A stretch of DNA of 64,000 bases from Minisyncoccota bacterium (GTDB lineage Bacteria > Patescibacteriota > Minisyncoccia > Phycocordibacterales > JAQTLZ01), in contig JAQTSY010000003.1 of the NCBI GenBank assembly GCA_028711065.1, positions 65,136 to 129,135 of the forward strand, in the 5' to 3' direction. Below are positions 19,833-27,827 of this stretch, one piece after another. A model generated the notes under the pieces. It was not told the DNA's origin. It was given only the letters and a program-made list of their open reading frames with translations, and searched no databases. Position 1 is the first letter of the stretch, and each line of letters begins with the position of its first letter. Position numbers and translations under genes: made by a program.

Positions 19833-20993
19833 CTATTCTTTTACAAATCGAATCGAAACCGGAGTAGAACTCTGTATCTCTATCAAAGCGTGCTCATAAT
19901 GCGCAAAACCATTCTTATCAATCTTTGCAGTTCCTCTCTCCCGAGCAAATGCGAAACCTGGTATTTCTTCAAGAACATTCTCTGATTTGAAACCACTCTG
20001 CAAACCAATAGCAATTAATTTTTCTCTCGTAATCGCAGACCGAACCGAAGAACTATCTTCGTCGGTAACAGACTCAACAATCACAAAACTGCCTCCGGAT
20101 TTGAGAACTCTATGAACCTCCTCAAAAACCTGCCTTATATTTTCAGCCCCATGAAAATATGAAAGCAGAGAATGGAAGAGTCTATTCGAATAAACGTGTT
20201 CCATACTCTCTGTTTGAAAAGGCAGGTTACGGGCATCTGCTCTTGCGACAAATTTTCCTTCTTGCGGATCCTGACCAAGCGCCCCTACGCTCTTGGGGTG
20301 TATATCTATGACAAAGGATTTTATATCTTTATTAATTTTTCCAGCAAAATTTGTGAATTCGTGCGCCGAATAGTGCCCAAGAGAGCCAAGAAGAAGCATG
20401 TTCCCTTCTTTTTTATCTCGCAACCGGAGAACTTCTTCTGGGCCGATTAATTCTAAATAAGTTGGCTCGTCTGTGCCAAAAGTGGCGCCATGATTTGCAA
20501 CATAATCGTCCAGAGTTTTGTCGATTTGAGGAACTCCTGTCCTCTGTCCATGAGCCTCGTGTTTACAAAATTCCTTGAAATTTTTTGAAGTATAGCCCCT
20601 GTTAATTGCCTCTCGATATTGAAGCTCAGTAAATTCAGGCGTGGATATTTTTTCAAGGTCATACGTTTTCCCCCATCTTTTAATATTCAGAAAATTTTCG
20701 AGTCTCTTCGGTGTTGTCTTTCCAGATAGTATTTCCTTCAGGACAGGAGCAAACTGGTCTGAACTCTGAGCCATAAATTCCAAAGCTGCTCGCCCTTCAT
20801 TACCCCGCTTCAAAAGCCCCTGAATGCCCAAAAAGAGTTTTTCGTTATCTCTCGGAGAAGAGTAATAATCTGAGTAAAGCTGCTGAACCACATCCTCGGT
20901 GGAAGCGTCATCACGAAGAAGCCTAAAAATTTTCGGCACTTCTTCAGATTCATTCTTTCCGAGATCTCTGTCCTGAAATCCTGGTTCTTTCAT
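19833..20993 (-). CDS. Class I SAM-dependent methyltransferase (paralog 1, with an extra ~110-aa N-terminal domain)
   Basis: LLLGSLG...ADARNLPF...LKSGGSFVIVE Methyltransf_11-like motifs; clearly homologous to the downstream paralog over ~250 aa. Confidence 0.6.
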   Translation of the reverse strand: MKEPGFQDRDLGKNESEEVPKIFRLLRDDASTEDVVQQLYSDYYSSPRDNEKLFLGIQGLLKRGNEGRAALEFMAQSSDQFAPVLKEILSGKTTPKRLENFLNIKRWGKTYDLEKISTPEFTELQYREAINRGYTSKNFKEFCKHEAHGQRTGVPQIDKTLDDYVANHGATFGTDEPTYLELIGPEEVLRLRDKKEGNMLLLGSLGHYSAHEFTNFAGKINKDIKSFVIDIHPKSVGALGQDPQEGKFVARADARNLPFQTESMEHVYSNRLFHSLLSYFHGAENIRQVFEEVHRVLKSGGSFVIVESVTDEDSSSVRSAITREKLIAIGLQSGFKSENVLEEIPGFAFARERGTAKIDKNGFAHYEHALIEIQSSTPVSIRFVKE

Positions 20994-21071
20994 GAGTATA
21001 CTTTAGCTTATTTTTTTCTTGGTGCAAATTTTTAAGATATTCTTTCGACTTTGGAACTTGAAAAGCATTTT

Positions 21072-21884
21072 TTATTCTTTTCTAAACCTCGCGCCGAAAG
21101 TAAACCCTGGGAAATTTTTGAGAATAAAGGCACTGTGATAGTCTGGATTTCCCTGTGCATCAAACTTTGCTGAACCTCTCTCTTTGGTGAATGGAAACTC
21201 GATCAAATCATCTAGAGTTTTCAGAACCTTAAGACTATTCTTTCCTGCCAGAGAAATAAGTTCTCTTTTCATTCTTGTACTATCGTGCTTTTTTGCAAAA
21301 TTTCCGTACAAATCTTCTGCGATAACAAAACTTCCACCTCGTTTCAGTACTCGTGATACTTCCTGAAACACAATTTCGATGTCTCTTTGGTGTCCGCTTC
21401 GGCTCACGAGATCGTGAAAAAGCCGATTGGTAAAAACGTAATCAAAAATTTCCTCGCCAAAGGGCAAGTTGCGAGCATCGGCCTCCATGACATTTTCTGT
21501 ATTTCCCCATTCCTTCTTAATTTTCTCTGCAGATACAGGATCAATATCAACGACAAACGGTTCTATTTTCTGGGAGATTTTTTCGGCAAAATTTTTGAAT
21601 TCTCGGGCAGAATACAACCCAAGCGAACCTAGGAGAAGAAACTTTGCCTCCCCCACCACACGAAGACGTAATACTTCTTCTGATCCAACAAGCTCGCAGT
21701 AGCTTGGCTCATCGGTTCCAAAAGTGACAGCTTGCGTCACAAAATGCGTATCAAGTGTGTCATCAAGTTGCGGAATTCCCGAAACCACACTTCGTTTTAT
21801 TTCTGTTTCGATAAATTCTTTTTTACTCCCGTTGTAACCGCGTTTGAGAGCTTCTTCATAGATATGGGAAATGTATTCTTCCAT
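21072..21884 (-). CDS. Class I SAM-dependent methyltransferase (paralog 2)
   Basis: FLLLGSLG...ADARNLPF...LKRGGSFVIAE; collinear with paralog 1 (GTDEPSYCELVGSEEVLRLR vs GTDEPTYLELIGPEEVLRLR). Confidence 0.6.
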   Translation of the reverse strand: MEEYISHIYEEALKRGYNGSKKEFIETEIKRSVVSGIPQLDDTLDTHFVTQAVTFGTDEPSYCELVGSEEVLRLRVVGEAKFLLLGSLGLYSAREFKNFAEKISQKIEPFVVDIDPVSAEKIKKEWGNTENVMEADARNLPFGEEIFDYVFTNRLFHDLVSRSGHQRDIEIVFQEVSRVLKRGGSFVIAEDLYGNFAKKHDSTRMKRELISLAGKNSLKVLKTLDDLIEFPFTKERGSAKFDAQGNPDYHSAFILKNFPGFTFGARFRKE

Positions 21885-21947
21885 GTATACACTTTAGACC
21901 ATTCCCGTCTTTTCTCAAATTTTTTAGTTTAGCGACAAATATCCAAT

Positions 21948-21980
21948 AAAAAACGAGGCTCGTCATAACGACGAACCTCG
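21948..21980 (-). terminator. Terminator downstream of the MBL-fold gene
   Basis: CGAGGCTCGTC-ATAAC-GACGAACCTCG hairpin with a T6 tract on the minus strand. Confidence 0.6.
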
Positions 21981-21992
21981 CAAACGCCACAT

Positions 21993-22922
21993 TTACAAAC
22001 TATAGTACTTACCCTCTCGGCCAAATTGGACCTTCGCGCACAGAGGAGCGAAAAGCTTCTGGACTTCGCCTTCAAACTTTTCGAGGTCTCCCGTGTGCCG
22101 CTCAGGATCATGGTGCCCGATAATGAGAGTACCGATCGGTTCCTTACAAAGCCTCACGACTTCGTAAAGCATTTCGGGCGTCGAATGCCCCCAACCTTTT
22201 CGAGGCATCGGAGCGCCACCGCATATTCCGACCGTACCATCATACTCACGCGCACGGTACTGCAGATCGTGATAGAGGATCTTTGCTCCCGAGAAAAATG
22301 CTGCGCATTTTTCTCGGTACGTCGGATCCTGTCCGATCTCATGATCTGTAGTGACAGCGATTGCCCCTCGAGCCGTCTCCACTCTGAAACCCAGAGAGAA
22401 ACCAGGAGACTTGCGCACCACATCAAAGCCGTGGTTTTGCAAATATGTCGCCACTTTCACAGCACCGAGATCAAGCAGAGATTCGGGCATAAAGATTTTT
22501 GGTCTTTTCGTTTCCACTGGTCCGACCGGCCAATCCATAAACGATCTCTGGAAAGTGTCGGCAGACTGTCCGAGAAGTCTCGGCCAGAAATACTCTTTGA
22601 GCATTCCCGCCGACTGCCCCAAGAATGGATTTCTGTGGAGCGTATCGATATGGTCTTTATGTTCGTGAGTTTGAAGTCCGTAGACAGCAGGAACTTCGAT
22701 GAGTTTCAGGAATTCAGCAACGTCAGTAATGCCGCTTCCCGAATCCACAAAGATTCCTGTCTCGCCCGCCGCGATGCCAAGCGACGTCGTATGAATGCCG
22801 AAACGACCACGTTCGAGAGGAGCTTTGAACAGCGTCTCCCCTTGAAACCACATCTTCTGAAACGCTCTCGGGCTGCCTGAACCGGACACGCCTCCGAGAA
22901 ACAATCCGTACCTGTTGGCCAT
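21993..22922 (-). CDS. Metallo-beta-lactamase-fold hydrolase
   Basis: HEHKDH (HxHxDH) motif, a later His (GHSTPE) and Asp; GC-richer than its neighbours. Confidence 0.7.
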   Translation of the reverse strand: MANRYGLFLGGVSGSGSPRAFQKMWFQGETLFKAPLERGRFGIHTTSLGIAAGETGIFVDSGSGITDVAEFLKLIEVPAVYGLQTHEHKDHIDTLHRNPFLGQSAGMLKEYFWPRLLGQSADTFQRSFMDWPVGPVETKRPKIFMPESLLDLGAVKVATYLQNHGFDVVRKSPGFSLGFRVETARGAIAVTTDHEIGQDPTYREKCAAFFSGAKILYHDLQYRAREYDGTVGICGGAPMPRKGWGHSTPEMLYEVVRLCKEPIGTLIIGHHDPERHTGDLEKFEGEVQKLFAPLCAKVQFGREGKYYSL

Positions 22923-23037
22923 GATAGGCCTCCTTTCCGGGCATGATAGCCCTGTTTGTAAATGCTTGTAAAAGAACCTTTTCGCATTTCCTCTTTCAAT
23001 GTACCTTTTCTAGGCAGACTCACAATGGGTTTTGTCG

Positions 23038-23053
23038 AAAATTTGGACAAATT
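23038..23053. promoter_or_regulatory. Palindromic operator candidate AAATTTG-GA-CAAATTT upstream of the TrmB-family regulator
   Basis: Perfect 7-2-7 palindrome 23-38 bp upstream of the ATG at 23076, next to a TATAAAT box. Confidence 0.45.
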
Positions 23054-23075
23054 TTCCATCTTGCGCTACACTATA

Positions 23076-23825
23076 AATATGAAGCCAGAAAATCTCGCCC
23101 TCGCCTGTGGTTTAACAAAGAAATCATCAAAAGCCTACGCCGCACTTTCCTCTCTCGGAGAAGCTACCATGGCAGAGATTGCACAAGCTTCGGGTGTAAG
23201 GAGGACGACCCTCTATTCCCTACTTCCCGAACTTGAGAACTCTGGAGCAATCTACGAGGTATTACGCGGGAAACGAACATATTGGAGAGCGATTGCACCC
23301 GAAGAGTTGGTCAAGCTGGCTGAAGAAAAGATCCGTGATGCAACAGCTGTAAAAGAAAATACTTCGACAAGAAAAAGAACTGGCGGACTCCCGCGTGTTT
23401 CTTTCCTATCAGGACCAGCGGGATTTAAGCAGATCTGGAATATGATATTCGAATCAAAAGAGCGTGAATACCGAATCATCACCGATGGAAGAAGTTTTTT
23501 GGATTTTGTGAAAGAGAAATATATTCTTGAGGAAATTATTAAAGAAAAAAAGAAGCTTTCTATAAAAAGCAGGCAGATAATTACGGATACTCACTATGCA
23601 AAAAAGATTATTGAAAAAGACGCCATGGAAAATCGCGTCTCTCGCCTGCTTCCGGAAAAGCATGGGATACTCTCATTCACTGAAATTATTTCGACAAAAT
23701 TCGTAGCTTTTCTCGCGCGGAGATACGAAAGTTCTCTCTTTATTGTCGAAGATCAAAAATTCGCAGAGACACGGAAAATGCTTTTTGAAACACTCTGGGA
23801 TTCACTTCCTCCGCCAAAACCATAA
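23076..23825 (+). CDS. TrmB-family helix-turn-helix transcriptional regulator
   Basis: N-terminal HTH AYAALSSLGEATMAEIAQASGVRRTTLYSLLPELENSGAI resembling TrmB; the ORF extends in frame to 22962 but the ATG at 23076 fits the family N-terminus. Confidence 0.6.
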   Translation, partial: NMKPENLALACGLTKKSSKAYAALSSLGEATMAEIAQASGVRRTTLYSLLPELENSGAIYEVLRGKRTYWRAIAPEELVKLAEEKIRDATAVKENTSTRKRTGGLPRVSFLSGPAGFKQIWNMIFESKEREYRIITDGRSFLDFVKEKYILEEIIKEKKKLSIKSRQIITDTHYAKKIIEKDAMENRVSRLLPEKHGILSFTEIISTKFVAFLARRYESSLFIVEDQKFAETRKMLFETLWDSLPPPKP

Positions 23826-23844
23826 TGCTTTCGTGGAAAGCTTT

Positions 23845-24381
23845 TTAACTAAGGGTTTTGCGTAATTCTCTCCAATTTGGGATCTGTTTTGCAACCAATG
23901 CCCAAAAGTTGCGTGAGTGATTGAACTCACCCAAATGGCAAAGCTCGTGGACGATAATGTAGTCGCGATGTTCTGGCGGGAGAAGGGCGATTTTGTAATT
24001 GAATTGCAAATTACCCTTCCGCGACGCACTTCCCCATCGGGTTTTCTGGTTACGAATCGAAACTTTTTTATATTGAAAATTGTAGAACTGATTGAAATGT
24101 TCGAGACGAGAAATTGCGAGCTCGAGCGCCGATTTTTTAAGCCGTAAAAAATCGGCGCGACTCGATTTGATATGAATTTTGTGTTTCCTCTTTTGAAAAT
24201 ACAAAACTTTCTTTTCGATCCAGCGGCGTTTTTCTTCGAAAAACGCCGCAAGTTTTCGCCCCGAATACCCTACCGGCATAACGGCTCTTACCTTTCCGTC
24301 AACTTCGACAATAACCCGCAAATGCCGAGCTCGCGGACTTTCTTGTATTTCTACCCTCTCTCCCAAAATAGAAATTTCCAT
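23845..24381 (-). CDS. YgjP/DUF45-like metal-dependent hydrolase (M48/WLM-like HExxH)
   Basis: C-terminal IIVHELCHLGEFNHSRNFW motif. Confidence 0.7.
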   Translation of the reverse strand: MEISILGERVEIQESPRARHLRVIVEVDGKVRAVMPVGYSGRKLAAFFEEKRRWIEKKVLYFQKRKHKIHIKSSRADFLRLKKSALELAISRLEHFNQFYNFQYKKVSIRNQKTRWGSASRKGNLQFNYKIALLPPEHRDYIIVHELCHLGEFNHSRNFWALVAKQIPNWRELRKTLS

Positions 24382-24656
24382 TATTTATTTCCCTTCATCC
24401 AAAGACGTTTAAAGAGAGAAATTGAAAGCGTAGAAAGAAGAAATCCAAGTGTTGGCACGATCGCATTTACAAACGGATTCGGCAAATGAGCAAAAGTGAA
24501 GAAAAGGACAACAATGATGTACGTCAAAACCGCAATGAGTATTTTGCGGGAAAGACTCGTCTCCCAAGCCTTATCCATCTCAACACGAGTATTCCTTTCT
24601 TTTATCTCTCGAATATCTTTTTTTATTTGTTCCAGCTCGTCCATACAGTTTTTCAA
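24381..24656 (-). CDS. Small membrane protein (coiled-coil N-terminus, two TM helices)
   Basis: Hydrophobic segments ILIAVLTYIIVVLFFTF and VPTLGFLLSTLSISLF; its start overlaps the stop of the YgjP-like gene. Confidence 0.4.
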   Translation of the reverse strand: MKNCMDELEQIKKDIREIKERNTRVEMDKAWETSLSRKILIAVLTYIIVVLFFTFAHLPNPFVNAIVPTLGFLLSTLSISLFKRLWMKGNK

Positions 24657-24710
24657 ATTTTAACACTTTCGATAAGAAAATACGAACACGAACCTATTTG
24701 AAGTCTAAAT

Positions 24711-24822
24711 TTTCGCAAAGTTCGAGGCAACAAAAAATTTCGCGACCACGCTGTAGTAAACCTACTGCACGGAAGCGAAATTTTTTGGTAACGATGAAAT
24801 TTGCTAAATTTAGATCTTCAAA
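24711..24822. repeat. Nested inverted repeats including a perfect 12-bp A/T-flanked hairpin (bidirectional terminator-like)
   Basis: Inner AAAAAATTTCGC (24731-24742) / GCGAAATTTTTT (24774-24785); outer TTGAAGTCTAAATTT (24711-24725) / AAATTTAGATCTTCAA (24807-24822) with one indel. Confidence 0.55.
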
Positions 24823-25136
24823 TCCGCCATCGCTTCGTCAACAGACTTCATGTTGGGAGTCTGTGAAGGATACTCCTTCTTCATCCCACCCTCTGGTTCA
24901 TTAATCTTGAGATTAACCCGAGCATTATTTTTCATCCCAACAACTCGCAGTAGTGTTCGGATAGCTTTTGCAGTATTACCCATTCGTCCGATGATCTTTC
25001 CCATGTCAGCTGGATTGACAGAAAGAGTCATGAGAACTCCCATCTCATCCACCGTTCGCACAATCTTTACATCCCCTGGATTATCTACTAAAGCCTTCAC
25101 TGTATACTCGAGAAACTGCGTGTCTTGTTCGTTCAT
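24810..25136 (-). CDS. KH-domain RNA-binding protein (YlqC-like)
   Basis: GKIIGRMGNTAKAIRTLL KH motif. Confidence 0.75.
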   Translation of the reverse strand: MNEQDTQFLEYTVKALVDNPGDVKIVRTVDEMGVLMTLSVNPADMGKIIGRMGNTAKAIRTLLRVVGMKNNARVNLKINEPEGGMKKEYPSQTPNMKSVDEAMADLKI

Positions 25137-25210
25137 GATATTTGCCTTAAACCTCCACTTTTTTAGTGTGCGGTCATTCTTGTAATAGAGTAATGATAAT
25201 ATACTTCAGG

Positions 25211-25247
25211 AAAAAAATAAAGACCTCTCAAAAATCCTGAGAGGTCT
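25211..25247 (-). terminator. Terminator downstream of the DapA-family gene
   Basis: AGACCTCTC-AAAAATCCT-GAGAGGTCT hairpin with a T-tract on the minus strand. Confidence 0.65.
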
Positions 25248-25290
25248 TGGTTCTCGTACACATAACGAAGGAAGGAGGGTTGATTGCCAT

Positions 25291-26214
25291 CTATTTATAG
25301 AGAAACGAGGCGACTTTAGGAGCTTCGGGGATCGGAAGCCCAACCTTTTCCATTTCCGCCACAACAGCGCGAAAAGTGGATTCGGTTGGCGCGACCATCG
25401 GGGAGCGCCATACCGGCTCAAGATGCCCGAGAACCGCCATCGCCGTCTTCACCGGAATGGGATTCGTTTCAATAAACATCGCTTTACAGATCGGGAAGAG
25501 ACGCAAGAACTTTTCTCGCGCGTGCTTCCACTTCCACTCCCCCACAAGCGCCGCGTGCACCATGTCGGTCGTCTCGCGGGGCATGATGTTGGAAACAACA
25601 GATATGACTCCGCATGCTCCGACGCTCATCATCGGAAGGGTGAGCGTGTCGTCGCCGGAAAAATACTTCAAGCGATTACCGCAGAGAGCAATGTCTTGAA
25701 TTGTCTGCTCCAGGCTTCCCGTCGCCTCCTTGATGCCCACGATATTGGGATGAAGGGCAATTTCCAACATCGTCTCCGGCGAGATATTCACGCCAGTACG
25801 GCCGGGAATGTTGTACACAACGACCGGTAGGCCGACATTGGCAACTTGCGTAAAATAGTCGAGCAGGCCGGCCTTGGTCGGCTTGTTGTAATACGGCGCA
25901 ACAACGAGACACCCCTGTGCCCCGACCTTCTTAGCGTTGCGGGTCAGGTCAATCGCTTCCTGCGTGCTGTTGGAACCCGTGCCGGCAATAACCGGAACAC
26001 GTCCGGCACTTTGCTCAACAACAATTTCGATAACGCGGATATGTTCCGCGTGAGAGAGCGTCGGGCTCTCCCCTGTCGTTCCGCACGGGACCAGAAAATC
26101 AATGCCCTCCGAGATCTGCCGTTCAACAATTTCTCGCATTGCCTTCTCATCAATCGAACCATCGTTTTGGAACGCAGTTACGAGCGCTGTTCCACATCCT
26201 TTGACGCTCCACAT
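25291..26214 (-). CDS. DapA-family class I aldolase (4-hydroxy-tetrahydrodipicolinate synthase / N-acetylneuraminate lyase family)
   Basis: GTTGE, YNIPGRTG and the Schiff-base Lys in GIKEATG; about 55% GC. Confidence 0.85.
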   Translation of the reverse strand: MWSVKGCGTALVTAFQNDGSIDEKAMREIVERQISEGIDFLVPCGTTGESPTLSHAEHIRVIEIVVEQSAGRVPVIAGTGSNSTQEAIDLTRNAKKVGAQGCLVVAPYYNKPTKAGLLDYFTQVANVGLPVVVYNIPGRTGVNISPETMLEIALHPNIVGIKEATGSLEQTIQDIALCGNRLKYFSGDDTLTLPMMSVGACGVISVVSNIMPRETTDMVHAALVGEWKWKHAREKFLRLFPICKAMFIETNPIPVKTAMAVLGHLEPVWRSPMVAPTESTFRAVVAEMEKVGLPIPEAPKVASFLYK

Positions 26215-26310
26215 TTTCCTTCTCCTTTCCCTTTTCCTTCGTTTTTACAAAGAACAACCTCTCCCGCTGAGAAGCTGAATTTTTGTAACGAACGTTTATT
26301 TTTCCTTACA

Positions 26311-26346
26311 AAAAATCACCCTCTCAAGAGTGAGAAGGTGATTTTT
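26311..26346 (-). promoter_or_regulatory. Attenuator-like intrinsic terminator hairpin within the dapA-family 5' leader
   Basis: TCACCCTCTC-AAGAGT-GAGAAGGTGA hairpin with A/T tracts on both sides, ~110 nt upstream of the start codon. Confidence 0.45.
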
Positions 26347-26442
26347 CTAGTGTTAGTTTAGAGAGATGTTTACACAAAGAAAGATGCCTTCCCGCTCGAA
26401 AGCTTCTTTCCCTTTTTTGAAATAAACATTTTCACGATCATA

Positions 26443-26476
26443 GCTTAATAGTAGCAAGGGCCAAATAGCTGTCAAG
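26443..26476 (-). promoter_or_regulatory. Sigma-70-like promoter for the DapA-family gene (TTGACA-16-TACTAT)
   Basis: Minus-strand -35 TTGACA (26475-26470) and -10 TACTAT (26453-26448). Confidence 0.5.
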
Positions 26477-26484
26477 GAAAGGAA

Positions 26485-26514
26485 AACCCCCCACAAAAGC
26501 TTTTGTGGGGGGTT
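26485..26514 (-). terminator. Terminator downstream of rpsP
   Basis: AACCCCCC-ACAAAAGCTTTTGT-GGGGGGTT perfect hairpin. Confidence 0.7.
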
Positions 26515-26523
26515 TGAATTTTA

Positions 26524-26901
26524 TTATGCTTTTGGTGTCTCTGCAGGAGTTTCAGCCTTTTCAGCTTTTTCTTCAGCCTTAGGAACCTCTTTCACAGCTT
26601 CAACAGACTTTTCTTCTTTCTTAATCGGAGATTTCTTTGGAAGCACGTTTCGTTTCTTTCCGGTAATGATCTTCTGACTAATGAGAAAATTGTGCATCGT
26701 ATCTGTCGGTTCTGCACCCTGTGCAATCCAGTGCTTTACTCGCTCTGCATCCACAGTCTGTCGTTCATGGCTTCGGGCATCAAAAGAGCCGAGTACTTCA
26801 AGGTACTTTCCGCTCTTGGTAGAGTTTTTGGAATCAGTCAAAACAACCCGGAAAACCGGTTCGTGCTTGCGTCCTACTCGCTGTAATCTGATTTTTAACA
26901 C
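26524..26901 (-). CDS. rpsP: 30S ribosomal protein S16
   Basis: (V)LKIRLQRVGRKHEPVFRVV...; probable GTG start at 26901 (the ORF track extends to an ATG at 26988 overlapping the upstream gene); Lys/Glu/Ala-rich C-terminal tail. Confidence 0.8.
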   Translation of the reverse strand: MLKIRLQRVGRKHEPVFRVVLTDSKNSTKSGKYLEVLGSFDARSHERQTVDAERVKHWIAQGAEPTDTMHNFLISQKIITGKKRNVLPKKSPIKKEEKSVEAVKEVPKAEEKAEKAETPAETPKA

Positions 26902-26980
26902 CCGAAGATAGTAGCAAAGAGTGGCTAAAAAGGCAAATAAAACAGGAGCCGCAATGAAAATTGAAGCTCCCCGTAATGAT

Positions 26981-27631
26981 TCATCCAAGAACTAGTTCTT
27001 TTGTCACATCGAGGCGTTCTTTTTCCGTCTCAACCCTTTTCCAGATTGCGCCCAGCGTTCTCCCCGTGATGATCGCGTCAAGTTCCGCACGAATCATGGC
27101 CTGTTCACCATTGTAGACGCTCACGATTCTGGGGAGGTGTTTACTCCACGCAGCTTTCACTTCTGAAGCAATACTCACGAATTCCGGATGGTTGAAACTA
27201 AAATCCCGGAGAGTGATTGCTTCAAATGCTTGCGCCTCGTGGCGTATTTCGTGCGTAACAATCTCCCCGACTAAAGGAAGAATTAACTCCTCTGGCAGGC
27301 CAGATCTCAACATCGCCACTGGGTCTCCTCCTGTCGAAAACGCATAATCCAATTCCATTACCTGCACTTGCTCAAACCATGGAATGGTAAAGAAAAGATA
27401 GGCGCTATCGACAACTTGCCCGTCCATATCGACGGGTGTCCAACAGAAACGAGCTGGTTCTGTTCCCTGAAAATTGAATGGATTCTCCTTCTTTGCGAAT
27501 GCCACCTCTTTTTTGTGATCATAGGTGGCGAAGCAATCGAGGAAAACACCGTAACTTCTCTTTCCGCGAAGGATCTCAGGGGATTCTTCGCTTGCCGTTC
27601 TGCTGTCGTTCCAAAGATGTGTGTATGGCAC
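26981..27631 (-). CDS. Hypothetical protein with an HExxH motif (possible metallohydrolase); GTG start; possible upstream frameshift
   Basis: VTHEIRHEAQ motif; GC-rich; an overlapping ORF in another frame (27358..27705) could be a displaced N-terminus. Confidence 0.4.
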   Translation of the reverse strand: MPYTHLWNDSRTASEESPEILRGKRSYGVFLDCFATYDHKKEVAFAKKENPFNFQGTEPARFCWTPVDMDGQVVDSAYLFFTIPWFEQVQVMELDYAFSTGGDPVAMLRSGLPEELILPLVGEIVTHEIRHEAQAFEAITLRDFSFNHPEFVSIASEVKAAWSKHLPRIVSVYNGEQAMIRAELDAIITGRTLGAIWKRVETEKERLDVTKELVLG

Positions 27632-27827
27632 TTTTCGAGCATTTCAAATGCCATTTTTACGACATCAGGTCTCTCTCGCCGTGTCAGCGCAATCGCTGTC
27701 TCCATGCAAAGTCTCCTTTTGTTTGTGAACGTCCCTACTGAATAAAAGCATATAATCTCAACAAACTCAATCCTATTTAATATTCGAGACCTTACAAAAT
27801 AGGTCTTTTTATGTTACAGTAACGCTC

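Noticed and set aside
26902-26988. N-terminal extension of the rpsP ORF to an ATG at 26988
   Set aside because: The extension overlaps the upstream gene's 3' end and is not S16-like; S16 homology begins at (V)LKIRLQ, with a GTG at 26901.
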